The notes: generated by a model from the sequence alone, not told the origin. 32,000 bases of DNA from a cyanobacterium endosymbiont of Braarudosphaera bigelowii (GCF_020885515.1 NZ_AP024987.1:1260001-1292000), one strand, 5' to 3'; shown: positions 20,691 through 31,385, numbered from the stretch's first letter. Translations and numbers: made by a program.

Positions 20691-21136
20691 AAATTTTACT
20701 TCACAATTTGTTGTAATCTCACTGAAACTATGTTTAGGTATTAATAAAATTTTAGTATGAAAGAATAGTTTGAGTTAGAGTATCTCAATTTTTTTAAAGC
20801 TAGTAAAAAACAGTATTCATAATTAAATAAGCAATGATTACTATTCAAATAAATTCTAAGAGAAAATCACAAAGCTTTTTTATCATTCCGAGTAACATCT
20901 AGTAATAATAAAAGTGCTTATTATTATGTAAAGTATAAACATTATGTAAAATATTTATACTTTACATATGTAAGAATTTAAGGTCTTTACTTACTTGTTG
21001 TTTGACAAAATATTAAATAAAGTTTCTTTATTTAATCAGGTTTCTTTCTATATATAATATATCCAAATTCATAACTTAGGATTTAATATATCTTATGCTT
21101 TATAAATACTGAGTAATAGATAGGAAAGTTATAATA

Positions 21137-21361
21137 TCATGATATTTCTTGATATTCTGGTTTTTCTTCAGCTATTATGGCACCTTCTACAGGGCAAACC
21201 TGCAAACAGATTCCACAGTCAATACAGACTGAGAAATCAATCCAATACCAAGAAGTTCCTTTCAAGTTTTTACCTGGGCCTTCATGAATACAAGCAACAG
21301 GACAGGCTTCAGCGCAGTCGGCAACTCCTTCGCAAACTTTGGTAATAATAGTATGAGACAA
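21137..21361 (-). CDS. Small 7Fe/8Fe-type ferredoxin
   Basis: 74 aa. MSHTIITKVCEGVADCAEACPVACIHEGPG...WYWIDFSVCIDCGICLQVCPVEGAI, with two Fe-S binding Cys sets (Cx5Cx3Cx3C and Cx2Cx2Cx3C). Confidence 0.9.
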   Translation of the reverse strand: MSHTIITKVCEGVADCAEACPVACIHEGPGKNLKGTSWYWIDFSVCIDCGICLQVCPVEGAIIAEEKPEYQEIS

Positions 21362-21481
21362 AGTAATGCTCCTTTTCTAAATAATTTTAAACTATTTTAT
21401 AACTATTTTATAACTATATATTGTTAGCCTTATTTAAGTTTTTTTTATAAAGCTTTAACTAGAAAAATTAATTAACACAAA

Positions 21482-22627
21482 ATGTTAAAAAAAATTAGAA
21501 ACGTATTATCTTCAGAATTTTTGAGTGTTATCTTTGCTCTAATTATAGTAGTTTCTGTTGCTACATATTTTTATTTTATTGAATTCGATAAGAATATTAC
21601 AGGATTTTTTCGCATTGGTTCTGTTTTGCCTATTTCGCCTTATCTTTACCATAACAATTTATTTATTTATCAAAAAGAAATTGGTTATGATGGTCAACAA
21701 TTTTTGAATTTAGCTCTCGATCCATTTTTAAATCATCCAGAAACACTAGATTCACTTGACCATCCAGTATATCGTTATCGACGAATCTTATATCCATTAA
21801 TTAGTTATTTATTTGCATTAGGGAATAAGTCTTTAATTCCTTATATAATGATTGGAATTAACATTGTTTCGATAACTTTAATAGTCTATGTAATAAGCTT
21901 ACATTATAGAGAAAAAGAAATTGTATCTTCATACAAGTCTTTATTGGCTTTATGTATTCCAAGTATTTGGATAGTACTATCTTTAGGAACATCTGACTTG
22001 CTTAGTAGCCTATTTTTAGTTACTTCTCTCTATAATTATTATAAAAATAATTATAGAAGTACAGCTCTAATGATTTCATTAGGTTGTTTAACTAGAGAGA
22101 CTCTGCTAGTCGTATGGGCTTCGCTTTTTATATCAAGTCTTCTTGAAAATAAACATAAACAAATAAAGTATTTACTATATGGAATAATTCTTCCTATCCT
22201 ATGGACATTTTACATAATACTTTTAGACTTACCTGGAAAAACAAGAATTGATGATAATTTTGGTATTCCTTTTTTAGGTATTTTTCATAAATTTATCAAT
22301 ATCCTAACGAATGGAATAAATACAAGTAATTTGTTTGAACTTTATATGTTTATCCTGTTACTTACAAGCTTTATTATTATTCCTTTATCTATAAAAAAAA
22401 ATAGTAAAGACAATCTATTAATACAAATTTGCAATATTTTTTATGGAATTATATTTATTTTTAGCAGTTTTACAGTACTTAGTTATTATTTAGATTATTC
22501 AAGAGTTTTCATGGATGTCTATTTTTTACTATTATTTAGTCTGAACCATATCAAAACTCACGTAAGATTTTTCTTAATTTCCTGTATGAGTTTCGCAAGT
22601 TGTTTATTTTTAATATTTTATTCTTAA
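21482..22627 (+). CDS. Polytopic membrane protein, GT-C glycosyltransferase-like
   Basis: 381 aa with many TM helices; lumenal/periplasmic-loop style motif QKEIGYDGQQFLNLALDPFL...YRYRRILYPLISYLFALG, then LTRETLLVVWASLF. Confidence 0.6.
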   Translation: MLKKIRNVLSSEFLSVIFALIIVVSVATYFYFIEFDKNITGFFRIGSVLPISPYLYHNNLFIYQKEIGYDGQQFLNLALDPFLNHPETLDSLDHPVYRYRRILYPLISYLFALGNKSLIPYIMIGINIVSITLIVYVISLHYREKEIVSSYKSLLALCIPSIWIVLSLGTSDLLSSLFLVTSLYNYYKNNYRSTALMISLGCLTRETLLVVWASLFISSLLENKHKQIKYLLYGIILPILWTFYIILLDLPGKTRIDDNFGIPFLGIFHKFINILTNGINTSNLFELYMFILLLTSFIIIPLSIKKNSKDNLLIQICNIFYGIIFIFSSFTVLSYYLDYSRVFMDVYFLLLFSLNHIKTHVRFFLISCMSFASCLFLIFYS

Positions 22628-22868
22628 TTTAATAGGCAATAGTTAATCTTTCTAAGGTTTGCAATTTCTTTGTTGTAAAACAGGATCCTAATTATTAAGG
22701 TAGTCTTTAATTTTTTCTTATTCTCTATATGTATATGTAAACTAATTCATAATTTTTGTTTTTCAAGGAGGGATCTTAACTGTTTAATAGATAATGATAT
22801 ACGCAATTATTTGTTTATTTCTGTATATTATTACCTACCACACTAAGAACTAATGATCAGATCTTAAA

Positions 22869-22911
22869 AATAAGAGTGAAGTTTTGTATCTAAAATCTTA
22901 TTCTTTTTTTT
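22869..22911 (+). terminator. Terminator-like hairpin with T8 tract in the long gap upstream of chlL
   Basis: AATAAGA (22869-22875) pairs with TCTTATT (22896-22902), possible inner TTTT/AAAA pairing, followed by C and TTTTTTTT (22904-22911). Confidence 0.5.
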
Positions 22912-23149
22912 ATTAGGAATAAAAACTTTATCTATTTTTTAAGCTTATTATCTTCTATACGCTCAAAAAATGTTCTTAATGCTGTATTAATTATACTACT
23001 AATGCACACTTATTAATTAATGTTTAGCCTACGTTGGAATTCTTCGCTCTTTGCCCCATAATTTGATTAATAAGACTTATACATTTGCTTTTTTATAAAG
23101 CATCAGACTTAAAATCTTACTTCACTGTTAAAAATAGGAGATTTAATTA

Positions 23150-24019
23150 ATGACTTTAACACTTGCAGTTTATGGAAAAGGTGGTATCGGAAAATCAACA
23201 ACAAGCTGCAACATCTCTACAGCATTAGCTAAGAGAGGAAAAAAAGTATTACAGATAGGTTGCGACCCAAAACATGATAGTACTTTTACTTTAACTGGAT
23301 TTTTAATACCAACTATTATCGACACGTTGCAAGAAAAAGATTTTCATTATGAAGATATTTGGCCTGAAGATGTTATTTATAAAGGATATGCTGGAGTAGA
23401 CTGTGTAGAAGCAGGAGGTCCTCCCGCAGGAGCAGGTTGTGGAGGTTACGTTGTTGGCGAAACTGTAAAGTTACTAAAAGAGCTAAATGCTTTTGATGAG
23501 TATGATGTTATCCTATTTGATGTTTTAGGCGATGTAGTATGCGGAGGGTTCGCAGCACCTCTAAATTATGCAGATTATTGCCTAATAGTAACAGATAATG
23601 GTTTTGATGCCTTATTCGCAGCAAATCGTATTGCAGCGTCTGTTAGAGAAAAAGCAAGAACTCATTCATTACGTTTAGCCGGATTAATAGGAAATCGTAC
23701 TTCTCAACGTGACTTGATTGATAAATATATAGAATCAGTGCCAATTCCTGTATTAGAAATACTTCCACTTATTGAGGAAATTCGGGTATCCCGTGTTAAA
23801 GGAAAAACCTTATTTGAAATGGCTGATCAAGATCCTTCTCTTAAATATGTTTGTGAGTTTTATTTAAATATTGCAGATCAATTATTGGCAATGCCTGAAG
23901 GAGTTATACCTAACGATGCTCAAGATAGAGAATTATTTACTTTATTATCTGACTTTTATCTTAATCCTGAACAATCTTCTGGTACTCAAGATCAAGAATT
24001 AGACCTAATAATGGTTTAG
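23150..24019 (+). CDS. chlL: Light-independent protochlorophyllide reductase, iron-sulfur ATP-binding protein ChlL
   Basis: [20 protein letters not shown]-loop; 4Fe-4S ligand regions [17 protein letters not shown] and [16 protein letters not shown]. Confidence 0.97.
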   Translation: MTLTLAVYGKGGIGKSTTSCNISTALAKRGKKVLQIGCDPKHDSTFTLTGFLIPTIIDTLQEKDFHYEDIWPEDVIYKGYAGVDCVEAGGPPAGAGCGGYVVGETVKLLKELNAFDEYDVILFDVLGDVVCGGFAAPLNYADYCLIVTDNGFDALFAANRIAASVREKARTHSLRLAGLIGNRTSQRDLIDKYIESVPIPVLEILPLIEEIRVSRVKGKTLFEMADQDPSLKYVCEFYLNIADQLLAMPEGVIPNDAQDRELFTLLSDFYLNPEQSSGTQDQELDLIMV

Positions 24020-24174
24020 ATTTAGAGTGCACTTTATCAAGTATTCTTTAGAAGATTTTAAAGTGCACATCTTAAAATTATCTTAATAAAAATTTTATAG
24101 AGATATTTTAATAAGATTATCTTTATCGTAAAAAAAATTGTTTTATATAAAACTTAAAAATAGGAGAAATATAA

Positions 24175-25575
<1,401 letters not shown>

Positions 25576-25644
25576 GCTGGTTAAATAGTTTTCTTAGCAC
25601 ATATTAGTTTTTGTAAATAAAGTTACAAACTATACTCTAAAATC

Positions 25645-25691
25645 GTAGAGAAATGAAAAGTATAATAATTTAATATTTTTTATTTCTCTAC
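25645..25691. terminator. Putative bidirectional terminator between convergent chlN and 2Fe-2S ferredoxin gene
   Basis: GTAGAGAAATGAAAAGTAT (25645-25663) and ATATTTTTTATTTCTCTAC (25673-25691): 19-bp stem with two G-U pairs, 9-nt loop. Confidence 0.6.
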
Positions 25692-25780
25692 AGAAAATAT
25701 TAAATTTCATCTTTAAAGAAATATAAGTTTTATGTGTTAAATATTAAGATTTTAGATATACAAGCGAACTTTACTAAAAA

Positions 25781-26020
25781 TTACCATCCTGTATCAGGAT
25801 ATAAAATAATATTTATATAGTTAGTTCCTGAAGGAATTGAACTAATACAAGCACACATATTATTACCTTCCTCCAATTCTATTTCACACGCATGACAGTA
25901 TCCCATTAAACATCCAGTAGGAATGTTAATACCAGCACGTTTTGCTACTTCAAGTATTGGTTCTCCTACTTCAGCTTCAATAGTAATGTTATCAGGTAAA
26001 AAAGTGACTTGAACTTTCAT
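25781..26020 (-). CDS. Short 2Fe-2S ferredoxin-like protein
   Basis: 79 aa. VGEPILEVAKRAGINIPTGCLMGYCHACEIELEEGNNMCACISSIP, with a C-x4-C-x2-C motif and a nearby downstream Cys. Confidence 0.85.
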   Translation of the reverse strand: MKVQVTFLPDNITIEAEVGEPILEVAKRAGINIPTGCLMGYCHACEIELEEGNNMCACISSIPSGTNYINIILYPDTGW

Positions 26021-26038
26021 AAAGTATTTCTTAAATAG

Positions 26039-27523
26039 CTATTTTAATAGTGGTGCTAAATCGATAAAGCTTTCAACTAAATCTGCTATGTCATCAAGTG
26101 CTTTTTCTCTTTGTTTTACATAATCTTCAACTTTTATTGAAAGGGGAGGTAATTTCTTTCTCCTTCTTAGACTATTTAACCACATTCTTCTCCACATACC
26201 ATTCTCAAAAATTCCATGTAAGTAACATCCCCACATAGACAAATTTTTGTTAACGACTCCTAACGTAGGATCATCAAATAAGTAATGTAGTTGCTTATTT
26301 TTCACGATATCTGAATCTTTCAGAAAATTTGTAACTCCTTGATGTATCTCATAGCCTTTTACATTATGGCCTTCATGAGGATAGTTTGAAATAACTTCTC
26401 GTCTAAGTGTTGTCTTTTTAGAAGTTATTTTAGTCTCCATAGGCAGTAAGTTAAGACCCAAACATATTTCATGTTCTCCTTCTATTTTATCAGAATCAAC
26501 AATTGTTTCTCCTAACATTTGAAATCCACCACAAATTCCTAATATAACTCCTCCTTCTTTAAAATATTCTTTTATCCGTATAGTCATGCCACTTTTATGA
26601 AGGGCAATTAAATCATTAATAGTAGTCTTCGAACCTGGAATAATTAAAACATCAGGATTACCTATATCTTGATTTAAATTTATATATTCTACGTTAATAG
26701 TATTTTCATATTTTAGAGGTTCGAAATCCGTGAAATTAGCTATGTGTGGTAGTCTTACGACTGTAATATTAATGTCTTTTGAACTTTTTTCTAGATTTCT
26801 GTTTAATAAATCCAGAGAATCTTCAGCAGAAAATACAATATCTGTTAAAGGAATTACTCCTAAAACAGGAATTTTAGTATAGCTCTCTAGCCACTTAATG
26901 CCTGAATTTAAGAGTAGCCGTTGTCCTCGAAATTTGTTGATAATAATACCTTTAATAAGGGAACGTTCAGCTTTATCTAATAACTGTAAAGTTCCTATAA
27001 TATGAGCAAATGCTCCTCCCCTATCAATATCTACTATCAGTATGGTACGAGCATGTAAATATTTAGCAACTCTCATATTTGTTAGATCTCTATATTTCAG
27101 ATTAATTTCTGCTGGGTTTCCTGCACCCTCACATATACAAAAATCAAACTCTGATTTTAAGATTTCTAGAGATGTTTTAATAGCTTTCCATCCTATTTTG
27201 AAATAATTTTGATAGTAATCTCCTGCTGATGTTGTTCCAATCACTTCACCATTAAGAATAACTTGCGATGTCATGTTTCCCTGTGGTTTTAGCAAGATTG
27301 GATTAATCTCTACTCTAGGTTCAATTTTTGCGGCCCAAGCCTGTACAGCTTGGGCATAACCAATCTCTTTTTCATCTTTGGTAACATAGGCATTAAGTGC
27401 CATATTTTGTCCCTTAAAAGGTGTGACTTTACATCCTTGACGAGCTAAAATTCTACAAATAGCAGCGGTGAGAAAAGATTTACCTGCATGAGATGTAGTT
27501 CCTACGATCATGATGGTTTTCAT
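26039..27523 (-). CDS. cobQ: Cobyric acid synthase
   Basis: MIVGTTSHAGKSFLTAAICRILARQGCKVTPFKGQNMALNAYVT, GGAFAHIIGTLQLL, VILGICGGFQMLG, GYEIHQG, GCYLHGIFEN. Confidence 0.96.
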   Translation of the reverse strand: MKTIMIVGTTSHAGKSFLTAAICRILARQGCKVTPFKGQNMALNAYVTKDEKEIGYAQAVQAWAAKIEPRVEINPILLKPQGNMTSQVILNGEVIGTTSAGDYYQNYFKIGWKAIKTSLEILKSEFDFCICEGAGNPAEINLKYRDLTNMRVAKYLHARTILIVDIDRGGAFAHIIGTLQLLDKAERSLIKGIIINKFRGQRLLLNSGIKWLESYTKIPVLGVIPLTDIVFSAEDSLDLLNRNLEKSSKDINITVVRLPHIANFTDFEPLKYENTINVEYINLNQDIGNPDVLIIPGSKTTINDLIALHKSGMTIRIKEYFKEGGVILGICGGFQMLGETIVDSDKIEGEHEICLGLNLLPMETKITSKKTTLRREVISNYPHEGHNVKGYEIHQGVTNFLKDSDIVKNKQLHYLFDDPTLGVVNKNLSMWGCYLHGIFENGMWRRMWLNSLRRRKKLPPLSIKVEDYVKQREKALDDIADLVESFIDLAPLLK

Positions 27524-27572
27524 TAGAAACTTTCAACTCCGTAACTTAAATTATTCTTTTTCATATTAAATA

Positions 27573-27968
27573 CTAAATAAGGGAATTTAAATAATATAAG
27601 AAACTATCAGACACTCGATCCAGTAATGACAGCTTATGAATATCTGTTCTCTTATTTTGCCATTTTTCTACTATTTTTTTCCCTAGAGGAGTTAAGCGAA
27701 AGCCATCAGTAATACCTTGTCCATCAACTTCTCTTCTTAAGATACCTACTTTTATTAACCATGTTAATCTCTGATCTATTTGTTGTTCAGACAAAAATTT
27801 GAGAGTATATCTCTTATTTTTTATCCGTGTATCAATAATTGTAGAGAAAGAAACACTTTGTTTTTTCATTGTTATAAATAATTCCAAAGAGAATGAGGAA
27901 CATAGCAATGCTCTCTCTGCCCGAAGCATTGAATTGTTCGTATCAAAGTTACTAAAAAATAAAGTCAC
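27573..27968 (-). CDS. Npun_F0494-like cyanobacterial conserved protein
   Basis: MLRAERALLCSSFSLELFITM...YTLKFLSEQQIDQRLTWLIKVGILRREVDGQGITDGFRLTPLGKKIVEKW. True start uncertain (27968 GTG, or ATG near 27929). Confidence 0.75.
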   Translation of the reverse strand: MTLFFSNFDTNNSMLRAERALLCSSFSLELFITMKKQSVSFSTIIDTRIKNKRYTLKFLSEQQIDQRLTWLIKVGILRREVDGQGITDGFRLTPLGKKIVEKWQNKRTDIHKLSLLDRVSDSFLYYLNSLI

Positions 27969-28079
27969 AATTTTTATTGCTATTAATTAAAAAGAGATTT
28001 TTTATTATGAAAGGTTTTCTATCTTCATGTAAAGTTTTATATTTAGACTAATAACTTTATTATTTATGAATGAAATATT

Positions 28080-28520
28080 ATGACTTTAGCCGTTAAAACT
28101 ATTGCACCTAACTTTACTGCCTTTGATGAGAAAGGAATAAAAATTTGCTTATCAGACTACAGGGGTAAAATTGTTGTTCTATATTTCTATCCAAAAGATG
28201 ATACTCCTGGCTGTACACAAGAAGCTCAAAGTTTTCAAAATGATTATGAGAAATATCAAAATAGAAATATAATTATTTTTGGTGTCAGTATGGATAGTCA
28301 GGAATCTCATAAGACTTTTAAGGAAAAATTCAATTTACCTTTTCAACTTTTAGCAGATGAAGAAGGAATTTTGACTAAACTTTATGATGTTGCAGGAGAG
28401 AATTATTCTAGACGTGTTACATATATCATCAATGAAACAGGTATTATTGATCATGTTGATGAGAAAATAAATACTAAAACTCATGCCCAAGATGTTTTAA
28501 AAAAAATAAGCCAAGTATAG
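28080..28520 (+). CDS. bcp: Peroxiredoxin, Bcp/PrxQ family
   Basis: APNFTAFDEKGIKICLSDYRGKIVVLYFYPKDDTPGCTQEAQSFQNDYEKY, VSMDSQESHKTFKEKFNLPFQLLADEEG. Confidence 0.93.
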   Translation: MTLAVKTIAPNFTAFDEKGIKICLSDYRGKIVVLYFYPKDDTPGCTQEAQSFQNDYEKYQNRNIIIFGVSMDSQESHKTFKEKFNLPFQLLADEEGILTKLYDVAGENYSRRVTYIINETGIIDHVDEKINTKTHAQDVLKKISQV

Positions 28521-28629
28521 ATATATTTAAGTTGACTTATTTTTATAATATAGTTTCTAGTTAATTACTATATAAATAGTGCCTGATTATTCAGAGACGT
28601 TATTTATATAGTAAAAATATCTAAAGTTT

Positions 28630-28670
28630 TAATATCTAAGATTTCTTTTTATAAGAAATCTTAGATATTA
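28630..28670. repeat. Perfect 18-bp inverted repeat (hairpin) between bcp and rpmG
   Basis: TAATATCTAAGATTTCTT (28630-28647), loop TTTAT, AAGAAATCTTAGATATTA (28653-28670), no mismatches. Confidence 0.85.
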
Positions 28671-28774
28671 AGTAATTGAATTGTTTCTTGAATCTTGCAA
28701 ATTTAACTAAAATATGAGACTATAATAGCTTGTGTATAAATATAAACTAATAGCTTAAGTTGTTAGGTTAAATT

Positions 28775-28969
28775 ATGGCTAGTAAAAAAGGTGTTCGACT
28801 TATCATTACTCTTGAGTGTACAGAATGTCGAACGAATACAACAAAACGCTCACCTGGGGTTAATCGTTATACTACCAGTAAAAATCGTCGGAATACTACT
28901 GCACGATTAGAACTTAAAAAGTTTTGCCCCCACTGCAACAAACATACTACTCATAAAGAAATTAAGTAG
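28775..28969 (+). CDS. rpmG: 50S ribosomal protein L33
   Basis: [64 protein letters not shown]. Confidence 0.97.
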   Translation: MASKKGVRLIITLECTECRTNTTKRSPGVNRYTTSKNRRNTTARLELKKFCPHCNKHTTHKEIK

Positions 28970-29001
28970 TATCTTAATAAAAAATATAAAGAAAGTTAAG
29001 C

Positions 29002-29217
29002 ATGAGCTATTATCGTAAACGTCTTTCCCCTATTCCTCCTAAGGATCCAATAGATTACAAAGATACTGAACTGCTTAGGAAGTTTATTACTGAACGAGGC
29101 AAAATTCTTCCCCGACGCATTACAGGTTTAACAGCAAAACAGCAAAGATCTCTAACAACAGCAGTTAAACGAGCAAGAATACTGGCCTTATTACCTTTTG
29201 TTAATAAGGAAGCCTAA
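29002..29217 (+). CDS. rpsR: 30S ribosomal protein S18
   Basis: [70 protein letters not shown]. Confidence 0.97.
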   Translation: MSYYRKRLSPIPPKDPIDYKDTELLRKFITERGKILPRRITGLTAKQQRSLTTAVKRARILALLPFVNKEA

Positions 29218-29239
29218 TGTTATCTCTTATTTAGATATC

Positions 29240-29280
29240 AGGGGTTGATATTTCAGAATGTCTCTCAAAAATTAACCCCT
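29240..29280 (+). promoter_or_regulatory. Stable hairpin between rpsR and the RNase II/R gene (attenuator, terminator or processing site)
   Basis: AGGGGTTGATATTT (29240-29253) pairs with AAAAATTAACCCCT (29267-29280) with one mismatch and one G-U; no strong T-tract follows. Confidence 0.5.
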
Positions 29281-29369
29281 TAAATATCGAAGCAAATCTC
29301 AGGAATCAATTGAAGGCATGAAATTATAAATAATTAAAGACAAATACTAAAAATTAAGGCACGAAGTGG

Positions 29370-31385
29370 GTGGAAAAAGGTAAACTAATCGAGTTTAGAG
29401 TCAACGGAGAACGTCGCTTAGCTGTCGTTGATCGTCCAGAAGGAAAAAAAGATTGGATTGTAGTTGATAGTGAAGGAAGCTCATACAAGTTAAGACAACA
29501 AAGAGTAGAATACGAAGTGATGGGCGGACCGTATGTTTCTAACCAAATCCCTAAGTTTATTACAGATGCTAAGTCTTGTTTAGATCCATCTAATTTAGAA
29601 ATAGCCTGGGAACTATTAATAGAAGAAAAGAAAACTTTCACACCAGAAGAAATGGCAAGCTTTCTTTTTTCTGCATGTTCTCCTGTAATTCTCTATGCCA
29701 CTTATCGGTTACTTTCTGATGATAAGATTTACTTTAAGAAAAAAGGGGATAGCTATGAAGCTCGTTCTCCTGGACAAGTTGAAGAAATTAAGCATCAAAT
29801 TGAAATTGAAAATCAACGCCAGAAAGATAAGGAGTTTTTTTTAAATAATATTCATCGTAGAATAGCTGGAGAAGAAATAATATGGACTGAAAAGGATTGT
29901 AGTAAGTTAGAATTACTAGAAAAATTTGTTTTACAACCTGATCAAAATCATCGAAACGCACAAGATCTTCTTAAGGAGCTAGGACAAATTGTAAGCCCAA
30001 ATGCTGCGTTCGATTTTTTAGTAAGTATTGGGTGGTGGAGCCCAAATGAAAACTTATTCTTAAAGCGTAGCTCTTATCCTATTAATTTTCCCAAAAAGGT
30101 ACTAGACGTGGTTTCTTTTTCTTTGCAAGACCTATCCCTCAACACTGATAATGAACGCATGGACTTAACTCATCTAAAAGTCTACACTATAGATGATGAA
30201 AGTACTGAAGAAATTGACGATGGTCTAAGTATAGAATTTTTAGAAGATAATACTATTAAACTATGGATACACATAGCAGATCCTACTCATTTAGTTAATC
30301 CAGGAGACGAACTTGATTTAGAAGCAAGGAAACGAAGTACAACCTTGTATCTACCTACAGGAATAATCTCTATGTTTCCGACAGAATTAGCTACTGGACC
30401 TATGAGCTTAAGGCAAGGTCAGTTGTGTCCTTCGCTGAGTTTTGGGGTAATTTTGAATGAGGATGGTGCCGTTCTTGATTACTCTATTCATACTAGTATT
30501 ATCAAGCCTACTTATCGTTTAACTTATAACGATGTTAATGAAATTTTGCAATTAGGCATAACTGCTGAATCAGAATTGGCTATTTTAGCTAAAGCAGCAA
30601 AACAACGATGTTGCTGGAGGAAATCTCAAGGATCAATTACCATTAAAATGCCAGAGGCATCTATTAAGGTTAAATCTGAAGATGAAATTGTAATTGATTT
30701 ATTGGAAACATCTGTTTCTCGTCAATTGGTAGCAGAAATGATGATCCTCGCTGGTGAAGTAGCTGGAGATTATTGTCAAAAAAATAGTATTCCTGTTCCT
30801 TTTAGAGGACAGCCTCAGCCAGACTTACCTTCCGAGGAAGAACTGCTATTATTACCTGCTGGACCAGTTAGATCATGTGCCTTACGCAGTTGCATGCCTA
30901 AAGGGGAAATGGCAACCATTCCAAATCGTCACTCAAGTTTAGGCTTAAATTATTACACTCAAGTAACATCTCCAATACGGCGCTATACAGACTTATTAAC
31001 TCATTTCCAAATCAAAGCTCATCTTCGTAATCAGTCATTGCCATTCACATTAGATGTGATGCAAAACATCTTATATAGTGTAACTCTTTCGGCACAAGAG
31101 GCATCATTTGTAGAAAGACAAACTAACAGATATTGGGGCTTAGAATTTCTACGACGCAATGCTGATCAGGTCTGGCAAGGTTTAGTACTACGCTGGTTAC
31201 GGGAAGATGAAGGATTAGGAATAATTTTATTAGAGGAATTAGGCTTAGAGCTGCCTCATCATTTTGGACGCTCAGTTCGATTAGGTGATCGAATTAATGT
31301 TCAAGTTAGTCGTTCTGATCCACACCGAGACGAAATCCGTTTTCGTGAAGTGCTAAAGGATAAAATTGAAACGCAAAAAATTTAA
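29370..31385 (+). CDS. RNase II/R family exoribonuclease
   Basis: 671 aa, GTG start. RNB-domain signatures LKVYTIDDESTEEIDDGLSIEFLEDNTIKLWIHIADPTHLVNPGDELDLEARKRSTTLYLPTG and YTQVTSPIRRYTDLLTHFQIKAHL. Confidence 0.93.
   Translation: MEKGKLIEFRVNGERRLAVVDRPEGKKDWIVVDSEGSSYKLRQQRVEYEVMGGPYVSNQIPKFITDAKSCLDPSNLEIAWELLIEEKKTFTPEEMASFLFSACSPVILYATYRLLSDDKIYFKKKGDSYEARSPGQVEEIKHQIEIENQRQKDKEFFLNNIHRRIAGEEIIWTEKDCSKLELLEKFVLQPDQNHRNAQDLLKELGQIVSPNAAFDFLVSIGWWSPNENLFLKRSSYPINFPKKVLDVVSFSLQDLSLNTDNERMDLTHLKVYTIDDESTEEIDDGLSIEFLEDNTIKLWIHIADPTHLVNPGDELDLEARKRSTTLYLPTGIISMFPTELATGPMSLRQGQLCPSLSFGVILNEDGAVLDYSIHTSIIKPTYRLTYNDVNEILQLGITAESELAILAKAAKQRCCWRKSQGSITIKMPEASIKVKSEDEIVIDLLETSVSRQLVAEMMILAGEVAGDYCQKNSIPVPFRGQPQPDLPSEEELLLLPAGPVRSCALRSCMPKGEMATIPNRHSSLGLNYYTQVTSPIRRYTDLLTHFQIKAHLRNQSLPFTLDVMQNILYSVTLSAQEASFVERQTNRYWGLEFLRRNADQVWQGLVLRWLREDEGLGIILLEELGLELPHHFGRSVRLGDRINVQVSRSDPHRDEIRFREVLKDKIETQKI

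Noticed and set aside
21139-21345. Plus-strand 68-aa ORF overlapping the ferredoxin gene
   Set aside because: The minus-strand ferredoxin has clear Fe-S motifs; the overlap is a shadow.
27799-27990. Plus-strand 63-aa ORF overlapping the Npun_F0494-like gene
   Set aside because: The minus-strand protein has a recognisable conserved core; the plus ORF does not.
29354-29641. Minus-strand 95-aa ORF over the start of the RNase gene
   Set aside because: Antisense to the RNase II/R N-terminal coding region; no signature.
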